DNA from: Mobula hypostoma
Taxonomy: Eukaryota
Assembly: GCF_963921235.1 (NCBI RefSeq)
Contig: NC_086108.1
Span: 75,456,001-75,520,000, forward strand
DNA length: 64,000 bases
Direction: 5' to 3'
The translations under genes and the position numbers were made by a program. The notes under the pieces were generated by a model, which was not told where the DNA came from, made no database searches, and saw only the letters and a program-made list of their open reading frames with translations. Position 1 is the first letter of the stretch; every line of letters begins with the position of its first letter. Positions 12,001-25,582 of this stretch are shown here, in pieces.

Positions 12001-12745
12001 TGATTCATTCATACATACAGACTTAATTACAATTCTTGTCTTAGTGCTAATATTATTTTATTTTCTCTCTTCTATAAACTTGTAAGACTAGCATCATTAT
12101 AGTTAAAACAGGGATATAATACCCCCTGGTAAAATATTTCTCCTCAGATCTCTTGTTCTCCCCGTTATACACACATTTATATTCAGCAAACTGTATAACT
12201 CAATGTCAAGGCCCCTTTCTCCATAATTTATTTCCATGTATAGGGTATTCTGCAGACCATTCTAATTAAATTTGATGGGCATTTAGCTGAATCAAACCAT
12301 CTCAAGTAATCGTTGCATTAAGTAATGCATTCATAAAGGTAAAATTGCAAGAATGTACATGAAAATGTATTCAGCTAAAGTAAACAGTGATATGATATGT
12401 TGAAGACAGAAGTTTAAAAGAACATTTTACAGCCAATGCGGCTAAGGTCATATCCTTAAGTTTACAGCTCATAAAATTCTGTGTAATTATATATTATGTA
12501 CATCTACAGTTTCCCCTTTCTGGTGACCCTTTCATTTAATTTGTAAACTATGAATCAAACTTATTAAAAACAAAGTTTAAATCTTAGCATATGATCACTA
12601 TTGAAGATTTAATTTAATTACTGAATTTCTAATTAATTTCCTTCGGTTTATAATAACAAAACAAAATCATGACATCACACAGTCTTCTTCAATAATATAA
12701 AACATGGACAGGTATACTGAATACATAAATTAAGACTAAGTTTCA

Positions 12746-13480
12746 GAAATCAGAATCAGATTTATTATCACTGACATATGATGTGAATTCTTTCATTTCG
12801 TGGCAACAGTACAGTGCAAGATATGAACATTACAAGTTACAAAATAAATAATTGGTGCAAAACACGGATAATGAGGTAGTGTTTATGTGCTCCGTGTATG
12901 TTCAGAAATCTGATGGTGGAGGGGAAGAAGCTGTTCCTGAGTGTGGGTCTTCAGGCTCCTTAATGGTGCTAACAAGAAAAGGGTACAGAAGCCTCCATAC
13001 CAGCCTGTGATGTAACCAATCAGAATGCTCTCCACTGTACATCTATAGAAATGTTAAGAGTCTTAGGTGACATACCAAAATCTCCTCAAACTTCTAACTA
13101 AGTAGAGCTCTTATAACAGATGCAGACAATCTGTCCTTGTGCTTGGTGGCATGTGCTTTCAAGTTTTTGTATCTTTGCCCATTGGACGGAGGGAAGAGAG
13201 AGGATGTGTTGTGTAGGAGGGTTCTTTGATTATGCTGGCTGCTTTTGAGAAGCTGAGGGGAGGGGAGGGGAGGTGAGGTTAGTTTTTGTGATGGACTAAG
13301 CAGCAACCACAACTCTCTACAATTTCTTATGATTAGTAGCAGAGCGGTCACCATTCCAAGCTGTGATACACTGGTAAATTGGTTTATTATTTTCACATGT
13401 ACTGGGGTGCAGTGAAACATTTCATTTTGCATGCACTCCATACAGATCATTTCATTACAATAGTGCATTGAGTTAGTACA
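12746..13480 (-). mobile_element. Two decayed Rex1-type 3' fragments
   Basis: Reversed (TGATTC)n tail at about 12746, and antisense similarity to the Rex1 C-terminus and 3' UTR seen elsewhere in the window. Confidence 0.7.
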
Positions 13481-14027
13481 AAGGAAAACAATAATAATGC
13501 AGGATAATATGTTACAGTAATCACGCAGTAAGTCCCAAAAAGCAAAAAACTGCAGATGTTGGAAGTCTAAAAATAAAGCTGGAAACTCTCAACAGGTCAG
13601 GTATCATCTATGAAAGACAGAAAAGATAATAAGCCTAATACATTAACTCCGCCTCTCTCTTCAGAGTCGAAGTCTGACCTGCTCATCATTTCCAACATTT
13701 TCACATAATAGGCCATGGGATGAATGGAACTCTACAGTATCAACTCAAATTTAGCTGAGGAATAGAACAGATGAGATAAAATGCTCCCTAAATTTTAGTT
13801 GTAGGACATTATTAATCATCTGGAGACTTGGACATGGAAGTGCAGGGCAAAAGTTTGAAATTTGCCAATGGCATGAAATTTTGAAGTGCAGTAAAGAATG
13901 AGGAAGATTGTAATAGATTTTGAAAAGACATCATAAAGATAATGGTTTGGTAGACATATGTTAAAGAAATACCATACAGAGATGTATTTTACATTTTAGT
14001 AGGGATAAATAGTAAATAATAATAATA

Positions 14028-14525
14028 ACCTGGTATGGAAGTTGTCCTGTCCAAGACCGGAAGAAGCTGCAGAAGATCGTGGACATGGTGAAGCACATCA
14101 CACAAACCCATCTTCCGTCCTTGGACTCACTTCACACCGCACGCTGTCGGAGCAGTGCTGCCAAGATAATCAAGGACACGACCCACCCAGCCAACACACT
14201 TTTCGTCCCTCTTCCCTCCGGGAGAAGGCTCAGGAGCTTGAAAACTCGTACGGCCAGATTTGGGAACAGCTTCTTTCCAACTGTGATAAGACTGCTGAAC
14301 GGATCCTGACCCGGATCTGGGCCGTACACTCCAAATATCCAGACCTGCATCTCGTTTTTTTTGCACTACCTTACTTTCCATTTTTCTATTTTCTATTTAT
14401 AATTTATAATTTAAATTTTTAATATTTACTATCGAATTGTAATCCAGGGAGCGGGAAGCGCAGAATCAAATATCACCATGATGATTGTACGTTCTAGTAT
14501 TAATTGTTTGGCAGCAATAAAGTAT
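14028..14525 (+). mobile_element. Rex1/Babar-type 3' end (distinct subfamily) inside an old CR1 remnant
   Basis: Translation WYGSC..DRKKLQKIV...IIKDTTHP...LPSGRR.R...T.RF.NSFFP.VIRLLN, followed by AATAAA at the end. Confidence 0.85.
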
Positions 14526-16675
14526 AAGAGAATATAATAAATGGTTCAACTTTCATAAAGTAAGAGAGATCGGAGGATGTGTCCATACAAGTTGACAGCA
14601 TAATCCAACAAAGAACATAGACTTTGGGCTTTACAAGTAAAAGTATTGACCACAAAAGATAAGAAATATTATTAAGAAACACCATTTCTGCTCCAACTGG
14701 ATAATTCTAGTCATATCTGGGTACCAGACTTCATGAAAGATGTGAAGATTTAGATAAATTTCAAAGATTTAGACAGAGATCAATGAGATTTACAACACAT
14801 AGATTTACTAAAAGTGGATGGTCGATTATATTTCAGTGAATAGACTGGATAAGATGACCATGGTTGAAGATTAAGACTTCAAACATGGCACAAGGCTCGC
14901 AGTTAAATGGGCAATAGTGCTCCCTGCATTCCTGTACATTTCTGATGCATGAACTATATATATATAGCAGGCACAAAACATTGAGAGGTATCACTAATGC
15001 CATCCTGGTAAAACCTTTAAAATCATTTGGCAGGATATTCAGCCTTTACAAGTCAGTTTTAATGGAAGTTATCTGAAGCAGAAAGATATAGAATTCAAAC
15101 ATCCACCCTGTCCCTAAGTACTTGTGCAATTCTCTTTTCCTTGGTGTTTCCAGGCCTATCTTAGTTGTAGAACTTAGTCAAACTAAAAACTCCCAGCTCA
15201 GTTTCTTGTTTTTAATCAATGCTACTAGGGCTTTCAGGTACCTCTCAATTATATCTAAAATACACAATATTTGCCTTCCCATTTTAGTTAGGAGGGAAAA
15301 ATATAGGCTTAGATAGTTTTCTTTGGAGCATAGAAAACCAAAGAGTGATTAAATTAAGGTGCGTAAGATCAGGATATTTATTCTTTTTCCCTTCTCATCA
15401 GATTCTACCATTCTCTTGCACACAAGGGATAATTTACTGTGGCCAGTTAACCTATAACCCCATAGGTCTTTGGGATGGGGGAAGAAACTGGAGCATCCAG
15501 CAGAAACCCACATGGTCATATGAAGAACGTGCAAACTCCACATAGACAGCATTGGGGATCTGAACTGAGCCTGAAATCATTGGAGCTGACAGGCCACAGC
15601 TCTGCTTGCTGGCCACTGTGGCATCTACTAGATGATGGTTGAATTATTTTACAACTCAAGTCAGTGATCCTCATCGTTAAACTGAACAATGAACAAGTGA
15701 AGATTGGATATACTGGGGTAAAAATTCAGCAGAAACGTTTAACTCCACTAAAGCCTATGTCCAAATATAGACAAAAGTACTTTTTTGGTACCTCAACTGA
15801 GGAAAGACTTAAATGCCAGTCTACCTTACTCACTGGTAGTGGTCCTCAGGTGGTGCTGGGAGAGGTGAGTTAACTTCCCTTTTATGCCAGCTTCAAGGCT
15901 ACTGACACTTGCCCTGCTAATCAAGGACTAATTTCTTGTGCCATCCTATTAGCACTCACTCTTTAAAACTTACCAGCCACAAAGCCTATTTTGACTATAT
16001 ATCTGATTGGCCAATGAGTGGTCTATGCAAATTCAGCTGTGATGCTCAACATGATTTGACAGCCAGATGTAGACACTGTGCAAACAATTTCCTAACCAGT
16101 CAATTCTGGTTTTAGAATTATTTGTCATAAATGTTTGGTCAGAAGCGGTCAAATAACAACTAGGCGCTGTACATAAGCTTGTTCCTGTTTATGATATAAA
16201 ATTAAATGTCTGTATGTATTCAACTGGGATAACTACTAAAAATTTCTGGTGAACTTTCAAGTGACCCAATTATGGATGCTGTTGTCCAGATGATAAAAAC
16301 AATTAAAGGAAACGGTAGATCTTTGTCATAAAATAGTACCCCACGGCTGACATTTAAGTTGTATTTCAGAAACCATCAACCCAATACATAAGTGTCCGAC
16401 GTCTTATTAAAATTCTACAACATTTTATTGCATTTCAGTTGTGTATTCAAAGAACTAATGTACTTCAGATTCTTTAAAAGTAGTGATGGTACAAGCAGGT
16501 CTAGGATGTATTGTTAAAAGAATAGTTAATGGTTATTCCCTTTGGATTTCATCCAAGTATCACAGACTGCTGGAGCAAAATGGGTCTCCATATCCCTCAC
16601 ACCACAGATGTGATTATTTGCCACACTTCTATATATTCTAAAAATAACATTATGCAATGTGTTAACTTAACCCTG

Positions 16676-17515
16676 TCATAAGGCCGTAAGATATATGGGA
16701 ACAAAATTGGCCTTTTGGCTCATTGAGTTGGCTCTGTCATTTCATCATGGCTGATCCATTTTCCCTCTCAGCCCCAATCTCCTGCCTTCTACTTGTATCC
16801 TTTCATGCACTGAGTAATCAAGAATCTATCAACCTCTGACTTAAATATACCCAATGATTTGTCCTCCACAGCCACCTGTGGCAAAAGTTCCACTGATTCA
16901 ACACTCTCTGGATAAAGAAACTTCACCCCACCTCCATTCTAAAAGGACACACCTCTATTCTGAGGCTGTGTCCTCTGATCTTAGACTCGCCCACCATAAG
17001 GAACATCCTCTCCACATCCACTCTATCAAGGCCTTTCAACATTTGATAGGTTTCAATGAAGTCACCCCGCACTCTTCTGAATTCCAGTGAGTAGAGGCCC
17101 AATGTCATCAAACACTCCTCATATGTCAAACTATTCAATCCTGGAATCACTTTCATGAACCTCCTTGGAACCTTTTCCAATGTCAACACACCTTTTCTTA
17201 GATAAGGGGTGCAAAACTGCTTACAATACTCCATGAGGCCTCATCAATGCTTTATAAATCCTCAACATTACATCCTTGATTTTATACTTCAGTCCTCTCA
17301 AAATTAATGCTAATATTGTATTTGTCTTCCTCACCACTGAATCGACCTGCAAATTAACCTTTAGAGAATTCTGCATGAGGACTCCTCCCAAGTCCCTGTG
17401 CACCTCAGATCTTTGAATTGCCTCTCCATTTCGAAAATAGTCTACACTTTTATTTCTTCTACTAAAGTTCATGACCATGCACTTCCCAACATTGTATTCC
17501 ATCTTCCACTTCTGC
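16676..17515 (-). mobile_element. CR1 LINE 3' fragment
   Basis: Translations NVGKCMVM..RDLG.., EYC.QF.TPYLRK..LEKVPRRF..IPGL..L.YEE.L..LGLYSLEFRR.RGD.IETY and RGHSLRI. Confidence 0.9.
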
Positions 17516-17646
17516 CATGGACAGTCCCACGCATGAATGTAAAAGAAGGAGGGTTGGGCTTGGGGCTACCAACCTCATCCCATAAAAACCTATATTTCAC
17601 CTCATTTTTCAAAGCAGTTTGCAACTACTGTCAATAACTTAAAACA

Positions 17647-17897
17647 TTCTTCTTCTTCTTAAGCCTATCACCCCTACTGGGGTGTAGACTGCCGACAGCA
17701 ACTCACCAATGTCCTCTGCCTTGGGCCGAGCTGTTCGGGCCTTCAAGGTCAGGACCATCAAAGATCCTTCCTCTCCCAGGGATGAGGCCTTTGAAGCTTC
17801 TGTTGGAGTTTCTGTAGTGCTAGGTTTTTAAGGGATGAGATTGCTAGGCCCATGCCCAATCCTCTTTCTTTTACAGCTGGGCTTTGGACCGTCCATG
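17647..17897 (-). mobile_element. Short non-autonomous RTE derivative with (AAG)n tail
   Basis: RTE-like 5' motif joined to an RTE-like 3' end and microsatellite tail. A second copy of the 5' motif lies inverted at 17516-17590. Confidence 0.55.
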
Positions 17898-20800
17898 AGA
17901 GTTAAAGTAACATATTGCATAATGTTATTTTTAGGATATATAGAAGAGTGGCAGATAATCACATTTATGGCATGAGGGATGAGGAGAATATTTTGCTCCA
18001 GTAGTCTGTGATGCTTATGATGCTAACAAAACTTCTTTCCTACACCCCTCCTTCTCCTTCTCTATTCAATTTATGTCAGGATACAGTTTCATAGTATTCG
18101 GTATTAATCTGTGCTGAGCAAATAATGTAGTGGCTGCCATTATTCCTGTCAATAAGCTCATGACCAGCACAGTAGTTCTAGCCACAGTGGAAGAGGTATG
18201 GATACACTTTAAGATCTTGGTGCAGTCAACACTCCAGAAGCCCAGCCTGGGACTTAGTCTTCCAAAAATAGGTGAAATGCCATCTGCTTTAACCCTTATG
18301 TTTGTAATTAACTGCATGCAAGCACCGCTGAGATCACTGCAAGCAATGGGTCCCTTCTTTAACGCCTCAGTCCAGATGTTAGACATCTTCAATTTTATAC
18401 AATCTTCTGGAAAGCTGAGGTTTAAGTTTAATTGTCATTCAACCATACATGAATACCCATGAATACAGCCAAATGAAACAGTGTTTCTCCATGGCCAAGG
18501 TACAAAGCATAGTGCCAACAATCATTAGTCTTGTAAACTAAAGGTGCATGGGTGTTATGGGCAAGAACAAGCAGTCTGCAGATGAACATATGCATCCACA
18601 TATGCAATACAGCTTGTCATTCCACCAACTGAACACTGGATGGCAGCACTGGCAGGAGGGACCTACCTCCAACCCAGCAAAGATGGTCACACTACACTGC
18701 CTCTGGCTACGCATCTCCCCTGCTGTCTGTCTCATCAATAAACAAGGGAAAGGGACTTGCAGCATTTTACATTACCATTGTCCAGTGGGGTCTTGCGCTC
18801 ACAAGAGAGACATCCGAGGCAATCACTTGCTGTTGGACTAGACCCCGCTTGTCTGCACCAACTCCGATACCCTCCTGTAGAAGGCAGTAAGACAGTCCGC
18901 ACCAAATCTAGCTCCTCCACCAATGAAGAACTCGCTGAAAGTGTAGACCTTCAGTACTTAAAGTTCTTAATGTCCAGCATCGTTTTGCAACTGTAAAGAA
19001 AAACACTTTAAGACTAAAGCACTTTTGGTTGGCCTCTGAGAGACCACTGTATCTGAATGCGCTGTCATTTTACCGGAAGGCACATGGTAGTCTTTTAAAA
19101 AATGCACTAACATGGCAGAACAGTAACAATATAACAATACTAAACAGACTTTAAACATTAGGCTGCTCAGGACATCTCTCTAGGGATATTGCCATCAGCT
19201 GACTTTTATTGAGGGTGGAAGGAGTAGTGTAGAGCTCAAAGTATGCTCTATGAATATGTATTGTTTCTACTTCCAAGTCTAAACTTTGATAGAAAGGGAT
19301 TAGATTTTTATTTAAATTTTTTCAAAGTTTGCCAAAGTTGTAACATTTTACTATGCTTATATAAAATTAAATGAGGGTTTTCCAAGGTTCCCAATATTAC
19401 TGTGTTTCAAAAAGGTTTTTCGGTGCAAAGAGATGCCCACGTTCTTAAAAAGGTTATCACTGCCACAAAATGCTGTTTATAAACAGACTATAAGCTTCTC
19501 AAAGTTTTGTAAAGTTTATTGTTGTTAGAACTTTTTCAAGTGTGTAAATGGAGCTCAGCTTTTGCAGGAAATATTTATACTTGGACATTAAAAGTCTTGG
19601 GCACATATTTCAATATATTTAAGGGAATTCCCATCATTTAGCAATGTTTTTATTTGCCATTTTAATATGTTGTTCATATAAGTTAATAGCATGCAACACT
19701 CAATAAACCCATGACAATTATTCCTATGTGACCCTCGTTGGCAGGTTGGTAGAATGGAAGTGACTGTAACATTTTCTTATTTGTAATTTCCAGTCAGACT
19801 AGCCTATTGTTAGCATAGTCTGACTGTTAACATAATTTATTGCCAGAAGTTTATGACTCAGTCATCCAAGTCACATTTATTGGCATAATCTGTTTACTTT
19901 CATTGAATGCAAACGATTAAGCACCACCCTATTATAGATTCAAGCACATGGCAATTAAGGTTGCAATGACTTCTATAGACACAACCAGAAAAATAAGCCA
20001 TCTACCTACCCACTGCACAATCAGAATCAGGTTTAATATCACCAATAAGCATTGTGAAATTTGTTAACTTTGCGGCAGCAGTACATAATAATAGAGAGAA
20101 ATAAACTGTGAATTACAGGAAATATATATAATAGTTAAATTAAATAAGTAGTGCAAAAAAAGATTAAAAAGTAGTGAGACAATGTTCATGTGTTCAATGT
20201 CCATTCCAATTTCCTATTAAATTTCCCGAAGTTGAAAGAAAAAAACTCTAGTACAAGGAAGGGGAAATCAGCAGATACTGACAGTACAGAATGAAGAAAT
20301 TAGGCACTTCACATCTCTCCTGTTTTTTGGTGGAGCAATGTTGTAAGAGCAATTAATTTGAATGTTGAATTCCATTTCATGTTTCCACTTGTTCCGTTTT
20401 CCTAAAATGTAATGTGGATTTGTTTTACTGCATTAATTTTGCAATAATAACATACGCCGTGGTACTTTGTGACCATGTCAGAAAACTGTGAAGGTGCTAT
20501 CTCTATGCCATTATCAAAGCCCATAAAGTTTGCTGGTGGGAATCTGCCTCTTTGCCCCCCAACAAGTACCTCTCCTCTTACGGGACTAAAACCTGTCAAT
20601 CAATCTGAAGTTGTCATTTTTCTCCCCAAGTGAACTTTTCCTCCAAAGCTATGATGTTCCCATTCTGTCCAGAATTTTATATTAAGAAATTAGATAATGC
20701 ATGTTTACCTTTCTATCAATAATTCCCTCAAGAGTGTATCTTTCCGTGTACTTTTGTACCACAGCAAAGGCATTTGTTACGGATGTAGGAGGGATCATCG

Positions 20801-21046
20801 ACTCTAACACCTGAGCAATTCCTCAATACTTTCCTTTCTATCAACTTTTCTGTGCTATAATATTATTATCAACCGTGTTGATTTATGACTCAGTAAGTTC
20901 CAGCTGTAAAAGAAAATAAGTACAAAAGGTGTCATGTCATCTGTCACAATGCATTGGGGTTGACGTTAAACCAATAGATGAATCGTGGGCTGTGGGGGCC
21001 CTTGGATTTTTTCTGCCTTTTCATTTTGGGCCACTGGTCATATTCA

Positions 21047-21297
21047 GGACTTTTTCACCCAGAGAGTGGTGGATCTGTGAAATGCTCTGACCCAGAAGGC
21101 AGTGGAGGCCAAGTCTCTGGATGCTTTCAAGAAAGAGATGGATAGAGCTCTTAAAGATAGCGGAATCAAAGGTTATGGGAATAAGGCAGGAACTGGATAC
21201 TGATTGTGGATGATCAGTCATGATCACAGTGAATGGCGGTGCTGGCTCGAAGGGCTGAATGGCCTACTCCTGCCCCTATTGTCTATTGTCTATTGTC
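21047..21297 (+). mobile_element. Young CR1 3' end
   Basis: FFTQRVVDL*NALTQKAVEA..LDAFKKEMD, then the CR1 3' UTR and (CTATTGT)n tail. Confidence 0.88.
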
Positions 21298-22119
21298 TTT
21301 TCTGATGTAGATACCCAGAAAAAGATATACAATTGACCATGGGCTGGAATGTTTTATCTCTAGAGCTGGAATTCATGCATGAAAATTCATTGTTCGCTAA
21401 TCATTGATCTTTACTGAACAATAAACTGTGTTTGAAGAATTTCATAAACAATGAACATCTTGCAATAAGAACATACCGTATTATTTTACTGCATAAACAA
21501 CATTTATGGCTCCTTCTTGAAAATTCCTTTCCCAATAAAATATAAAAGTCAATCACATCTGGTGTGACCAAGGGTTCAAATTTCTCCTCCAACAGTAACT
21601 GAAATTCTTCAATAAAATATTAAAATAAACAGGGAACAGCAAATGAGCCAACAGGAAGGGAAGAAGAACAAACCTGCATTGATAGAAGAAAAAACCACAA
21701 ATGTTGGAAATCAGAAATAAAAACAGAAATGGCAGAAAATGCACAGTAAGCCAAACAACTTCTGAAAAAGCACATTTAGGAATAGATTCAGCTCTGATAA
21801 AGAATACCAGCTGAGGCATTAACCTATTTTTATCTTTCAGACTCCATGTGACCTTTTGAACACCTCCAACATTTTCATTTTTATTCCTTATTGCCATCAT
21901 TTGTCACTTTCTTCTTACAAATGCAAAATAATGGAAGTCTGCTTCTTTTCACAATAGCATCCACGAAAATGCTGGAGGAACTCAACAGGTCAGGCAGCAT
22001 CCATGGAAAGGAATGAACAGTCAATGTTTTGGGCTGAGACCCTTCATGTAGATAGCCCTGCTTTATGCTCAGGTTGTTCTGAATTCATAATAAATGATGT
22101 ATTTAATATGTTTCTCCAC

Positions 22120-22835
22120 TTGTTGATTGGGGACTTCAGAAACGGTAAGACAAGGGAACACGAACCTACCGTCATAGTGGGATCAAAAGTGGAGAGAGTG
22201 AGCAATTTCATGTTCCTGGGTGTCAAGATCTCTGAGGATCTAACCTGGTCCTAACATATCGACGCAGCTATATAGAAGGCAATACAATGGCTATACTTCA
22301 TTAGGAGTTTGAGGAGATTTGGTTTGTCACCTAAAACACTTGAAAACTTCTACAGCTGTTCCGCGGAGAGCACTCTAACTGACTGCATCACCGTCTGGAA
22401 GGGGGGGGGGGGTTGCTACTGCACAGAATCAAAAGAAGCTACAAAAAGTTATAAAATTAGTCAGCTCCATCTTAGGTACTAGCCTCCATAGTATCCAAGA
22501 AATCTCCAAGGAGCAGCGCCTCAAAAAGGCCATTATTAAGGTCCTCCAGCACCCAGTACAAGCCCTCTTCTCATTGTCACTGTCAGGAAGGAGGTGTAGA
22601 AGCCTGGAGGCACACACTCAGTGATTCAGGAACAGCTTCTTCACCTCGGCCTTCTGATTCCTAAATGACATTGAACCCGTGAACACTACCTCACTTTTCA
22701 TTATTTGTTTTTGCACTATTTTAACTTAGCTATTTAATACACATATACATACTTACTGTAATGGATTGTACTGCTGCCGCTGTTAACAGATTTCATGACA
22801 TTTGCCACTGATATTAAATCTGATTCTGATTCTGA
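22120..22835 (+). mobile_element. Rex1-like 3' fragment
   Basis: VERVSNFMFLGVKISEDLTWS, and a (TGATTC)n tail at about 22820. Confidence 0.85.
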
Positions 22836-24899
22836 CTTGTCCTTTATAACAGTAATGTTTAAAGATAAGATTATTTTTAACGAAATATAAAAACAATACC
22901 AAATTTTAATTGCCAACTAATGGAGCATTGACAATAAAAATAAAAATTAATATTAATGAATAATTTATAATCCATGAGATAGAAATAGAAATCACATCAG
23001 TTGTGTTACTTAGTGTTGTATCCAACATAAAACAATAATATGTAGGGAAATGGAATAAAATCATGGTGTATAATGACAAATCTGCCAGAGTATTTTCATG
23101 AAATGAAAGTTTTCAAGTTGATCATTATGCCAAGGTTTTAGGTTACAAAATGGTTAATACACTCTACACCAACAGGCAGCAAACCTTTCCTTTCATCTTT
23201 GTGAATTACTTATGTCTGTGCCATGGAGCCACACAGAAGCATTCATTAATCTGCCTACCTCACATGCTGCTTTCTCACTAGCTATGCATCTGTAACAAGG
23301 GTTACATTTTCAAAGCAGATGATTTAAATCTGGACAAACAAGTAAAGAAGGAAAATAAATATAAATAGAACAGTTATTTGGCAAGCATCAAATGATTGAA
23401 TATCAAAATGCTGTTTGCATTAAGAAGCAACATTAACATGACAAAACTAATCTTTAACCGAAAGCAACACACAGCCCATTTTTGATTTTGTTACAACGTT
23501 CGTCCTATATTTCAGCCCTAAACATTATTTCTCCATGAACTGTTCTGCAAAAGCTAGTTTGTTCTATCATCCATACATATGACTTAAGAAAGCTGGTCCA
23601 TGGTTAGAATGTGATGGAACTTTTAATAGTTTCAAAAATAAGGGATTTTGCATGAAAATAAAAAGTAATCCTAGATTTTTAATGAGCTCCCTTGAGAATC
23701 TGCTACACAAGCCAGACCTTCTCCATTTCACAGAAATGCTTTGCTTACAGCAATGGCATTCTACTGCTGCTAGCTGCGCAGTGTATTCGTGCTTCAGGTA
23801 TATAGATGGAGAGTGATAAGATGAAAAAGGAAATTCCTAGAGTAAAACAAATAATAATAGGCACACATTACATGATTGAACTTGACAGTATTTAGAAAGG
23901 CCACCCAGTACTGTTAGTTCGGGCAGATAACACAATCACTTTTGTAAAACTGCTGATAATCGTGGCATGCCTAACCATTGTAAAATTGATGAATTAGCCA
24001 AATTAAAACGTGAAAAGAATCAATTGATTTTTATTAACTAGTTTTTAAAACATAGATTTCCACAGAGTTGTTCTCTTCATTATCCTATTGATCCATAACC
24101 TCTCCAAGAATTCCAGAGAAATATTAAAGTCAGTTCTCCAGAGTTTTACCTGATTTTCAGTCAACAGTACTGTGAATTATCTGGAGAACTCAATCCAATC
24201 CCAGTTTGGTATCAGCTTGCCTTAACGGGTTTACTCACGGAGCATATAACAGATGACAACAATATCATGAGACCAACGATGTATTACATCTGGAATCAAA
24301 TGAGCCTGTAGATGCTGGAATCTGGAGCAACAAACAAAGTGCTGGAGAAACTCAGCACTGGCAGACAGAAATAGGTAGTCGACATGTTGGCTTGAGACTC
24401 TTCATCTGGATCTAGCCAGCATTTTGTTTGTAATCATTACATCTGCCTTTAAGTGTGTACAGATTGAACCTATCCACATATACAATATCCAGCTTATCTG
24501 GACAAATTTCTCAATCTATTCACATGAGAAAAACAAATTCCAGAGACAAAATCAAAAGTGGATTTCTTTGATTTTAAGGAAATACTTGACTGAGATGATA
24601 TCAAGGAGCCCATGTAAAGGGAATCAAAGGGAAAATTCTAGATTGACTGGAGTCATATCTCATACATAGGTAGATGATTATGGTTACTGAAGACAATGAT
24701 TTCCAACACTAGGATGTCATTGGGGGAGCTTCTGAGGCAGGACACTAGGCTCAGACATAGTCAGCATTACCATCTATAGAAAGGTCAATGGTGAAGATCT
24801 TTGTTGGTGTTCCTTTAAAAATTGAAACAGTTCTTGCTTCAAACAGCAAACTCCAAAAAACCGTTAGGATTCAGTGAGCAATGGGTAATAGCCTACATT

Positions 24900-25582
24900 G
24901 ACTAGAAAGTTAACTACTGCCCAGTATATCACAGGTGAAACGTTCCCCACCCCTGAGCACTTCTCCAGGGAGCGCTGCCACAAGGAGCCTCCATCACCAA
25001 GGACAACCACCATCCGGCCCATGTCCTCCTCTCGAAGTTGCAATCAGGAAGGAGCTACAGGAGCCTTAGATCCTATACTACCCAATTCAGGAGCAGTTAT
25101 CACTCCTCAAACATCAGGCTCCTGAACCACTAAAAAGATAAAATCTGCAGATGCTGGAAATCCAAGCAACACACACAAAATGCTGGAGGAGCTCAACAGG
25201 CCAGGCAGCATCTATGGAAAAGTGTAACAGTCAACATTTCGGGCCGAGACCCTTCCAGAACCAGAGTGGATAACTTCACTCATCCCAGCATTGAATTGTT
25301 GCCACTACCTATGGCCTCACTTTCAAGAAATCTGCACTCATGTTCTCAATAGTATTTATAACTTATTTATCTATAACTATTATTTTGTTTTTCTTTTTGT
25401 ATTTGCCCAGTCCGTTTCTTTTTTGACATCGGTTGGTTCTTCGCCCTTGTTTGTGTGTAGTTTTTCATTAATTCTATTGTGTTTCTTTGTAAATGCTGTG
25501 TATGCTTGCAAGAAAATGAATCTCAGGGGAGAATATAGTGACAAATATGTTCTTTGAAAGTAAATTTACTTTGAATTTTGAA
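24900..25582 (+). mobile_element. Rex1-like 3' end with an antisense Penelope-derived unit (about 25135-25257) inserted
   Basis: Rex1 3' UTR split at ctcctgaacca|...|gaaccagagtgg by the reversed hammerhead-bearing unit. Confidence 0.75.
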
